Shown here: piece by piece, positions 61,211 through 64,000 of the stretch
How the letters are laid out: each line of letters begins with the position of its first letter
Position numbering within the stretch: position 1 is the stretch's first letter
DNA from: Balanoglossus misakiensis
Lineage: Eukaryota; Animalia; Hemichordata
Length of the DNA: 64,000 nucleotides
Assembly (NCBI GenBank): GCA_040954595.2
Contig: CM082594.2
Location: 9,007,612 to 9,071,611 of the forward strand
Reading direction: 5' to 3'
Position numbers and translations under genes: made by a program
Notes under the pieces: generated by a model
What the model was told of the DNA's origin: nothing
Database searches by the model: none
What the model saw: only the letters and a program-made list of their open reading frames with translations

Positions 61211-62466
61211 CAATCTCGAGACTATTCGTGACAGGAATTTGGCTAGCAGATGCACTAGTACGGGCCAGGATGGGATCCTCCACAGGTGCAAGTCAATCCC
61301 CGAAGTATGAATATTCATAAGTGGTCAATATCAATTTGCATGACAATGCGCACACGTTACGTGGCTCAGACTGTACGCGTACAACCGGACTTGCACGAGG
61401 AAGCACGGCGAAGATAGAATTGCGTTTTCTCCCAAGTGGCTACCCTTACTTCTTAGGATATCTGTCGTTTCTTTGGATACTGGATACAGTTATTGACTGA
61501 GATACATGTACATGGAATTACGGCGGCAGAATTTGACTCTCAGCTCTGGGACGGTCAGCACACCTGTACATGACGTGAGCGACGTACACTTGTACGCGTG
61601 TGACACTGATAGTGGCGAGCGGCCGGATATCGTCTGCACACTTGCAAGTTGTAGGGATTTCGTTACACCTGCCTTATTTCGGATTTATTTCTTGGTAAGT
61701 TCTGTTTTATTATCTCTTGTGAATGTTCTTTTTCATGCCCAGAAGCATGCAAGGTCCGCTGCTTGCGTCCTACCCGCTCGCCGCGCTAAAATTCAGCCAA
61801 GCGTTCGGTCAGCATAGGTCAGCACCAACTACTACTAGTGTGGGCGTGTCCCTCAATTCTTAGCATTGCAGCTTGTACATTTGTCATATTTTCTGGTTTT
61901 TGGCGAGTACTTGGTATCTGCTGCAATAAGACTCTAGCGTTGAACCTCCCAGCCGCGTCGTTACGAGTTTTTTTTAATTCTAAGGCTGAATTACAATATA
62001 CAACAGGTCACTTGAGGTCATGATAGTAGCCTTTTCAACTGCATATGTGCTACCTACCTAGTCATAAACGTCATTGATTTTAAGGATTTAACGTCCTTGA
62101 TATTACTGACAGTTAAAAGTTCAGTTCTCACATGACAACATAAATCGTCCATAACATACAATATTGTTACCGTATACTAAATCGTGCCATACTAATAATT
62201 CTAATAAATACAAATGTAGAACGCTTCCAGTACGTTAAATGAAATGAAAATATACAACTACTCGTATTCAAATTAAGCCTCTGATTATTGGCGTTATTAT
62301 CTGTTATTAAGAAATGAGAAATACTCAGCGCCCATAAATTAGCTTTCCATAACGAAAATGAATATTAGTATCACTTCCTTTCCACAAGAAATCATCCCTG
62401 GGATGGTTTCGAATAACTGAAGTGTTTTCCTCTCATTACATCATCTTCTCGTATGTACATGTGTTC

Positions 62467-63977
62467 TTACAATATACTGTTGTAGACAAATTGTTGGTCA
62501 CGTAGTTTAAGGTAGTTGGGCTCGTCTCGGCTTTTTTCTAATGGTTCAAGGTAGAGAGATTTATCTGGGCTTCTTTCGAACGGTATGTGCAATATTTGCT
62601 TGATTTCTTCAACCAGGGTTTTGAAGTTGGGTCTGTCGTCGGGGTCGTCATGCCAACACTGTAGCATAAGTCCATACCTGTAGTGCACAAACCGATTGAA
62701 GGTTTAATTCGTTTAAAATGTCTCGATCATCTCGAGTACCTAAAACTGTTGTATGCTGAACGAATCTTACAGATTTGTGAGAACGATCTGATTTGTGAAG
62801 TTAATATGCAGTCCATCCAAACGTCATATACCGTATATGCCTAGCAATGTTACCAATGAACTTTGGTGTCATGATGACGTGAATTTCAGAGTCACGAGGC
62901 TAATAGCTCCCCATGTCGTCTCATGACATTTGAAATGAGCTAAACCAAAGCAAGAAATCGTACACTTACACATCATCAGGGGCGTATTGAGGTTGGTTCA
63001 GTCTTTTCCCTGTGTCCAAGTATCTCAACAAATCCCAGTTGTCAACAGACCCGTAAGGTAATTCACCACGCGTGACAAGCTCCCACAGTAGCACGCCAAA
63101 CGCCCACTGCCATGGAAACAAAACAGAGTCGTCAAACATACCAGTGAGCGACACAATTTTGAATTTAAGTAATTTTGAAACGAGATCACTCAGAAAGTAC
63201 ACACTGTGTGGACACTTACAACATCTGTTTTTGTGGTAAAGACCTGTCGTCGAAAACTTTCTGGTGCCATCCATTTTACCGGTAATTTCACGGATTTGTC
63301 TCTTGTGGAATAGTACTCCCTCTCATAGATGTCCCTGGACAATCCAAAATCTGACACTTTCACAATATCCATTTCGTCAACCCTGTTGAAATATATCAAA
63401 CGGAACACTTTTAAGAAGATTAGTAAAATCTTGGTATCACACATTTCTCATATTGTCAAGAATGTGCTGGAAATTTTGAAATACTATTTCAGTCAGCTAT
63501 GTGTGTTCAAATATTTTTACTGAAATGGAATATATAATTCTCGAGGCAAAGAACGAGCGAATGATACCTACATGCAATTTCTGCAAGCAAGATCTCTATG
63601 TACAAACTTTCTTTCAGACAGATAAGCCATTCCTTCTGCTACATGTAACGCAAAAGTAAGTAGATTCTTCAAGGTGAATTCCTTGAAAATAAAAAAAAAC
63701 ACATCACATATTCAAATACTAGTAGCTTAACTAATTAATTAATTAATTAATTAATTATATAGAGAAATACACACTATAACAGGAAATCATCTCACCTGGC
63801 TTTCGCTTGTGATGTATGTCTTTAGATCGCCCTTCCTCAAGTACGGCAGAACAATCAATGGGAATTCGTTCTTTTCCAAACAAACACCAATCAGTGACAA
63901 AACATGAGGGTGATCAAAGTCTCTCATCAGTAGACCTTCCAGGAGGAATCTTCTCAGATCTTCTAAAGATGCATCAC
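62467..63977 (-). CDS. MET: Receptor tyrosine kinase of the MET/RON (HGF receptor) family, last five exons; 5' part beyond the right edge
   Basis: Exons 63796-63977 ([37 protein letters not shown]), 63572-63681 ([21 protein letters not shown]), 63220-63382 ([36 protein letters not shown]), 62970-63106 ([14 protein letters not shown]) and 62467-62677 (MLQCW..RPNF..YNSIL*) have consistent phases. Motifs are closest to MET/RON, but orthology needs the extracellular part. Confidence 0.8.
63732..63756. repeat. (TAAT)6 microsatellite in RTK intron
   Basis: taattaattaattaattaattaatt. Confidence 0.85.
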
Positions 63978-64000
63978 CTATTAAGGAGATGGCATGTCAG

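Overview
Eukaryotic (invertebrate bilaterian-like) genomic DNA with GT-AG introns. All five protein-coding genes lie on the minus strand. From left to right: (1) a myristoylation-motif ARM-repeat + TIR_2 protein, whose TIR exon (183-431) is missed by the ORF track and whose 3' end lies outside the window; (2) an ADAR2-type RNA-editing deaminase with both dsRBDs and the whole catalytic domain in one 1.68-kb exon; (3) an unsplit KMT2C/D (MLL3/4) H3K4 methyltransferase of about 47 exons and about 4,900 aa (7432-36037), containing an unusual 23-Cys C-G-E/D/K repeat; (4) a Meox/Mox homeobox gene (4 exons, 312 aa); (5) the 3' kinase exons of a MET/RON-family receptor tyrosine kinase. Between the KMT2C/D promoter and Meox lies a 5-kb tandem array of ten 450-548 bp monomers with an exact 2166-bp four-monomer higher-order period. 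Each monomer carries a tRNA-like Pol III A/B-box cassette followed by a T-run, plus a 23-29 bp palindrome (doubled in monomers 2-10); this array is the most unexplained element in the window. Exon boundaries were read by eye, and no database searches or folding computations were run.
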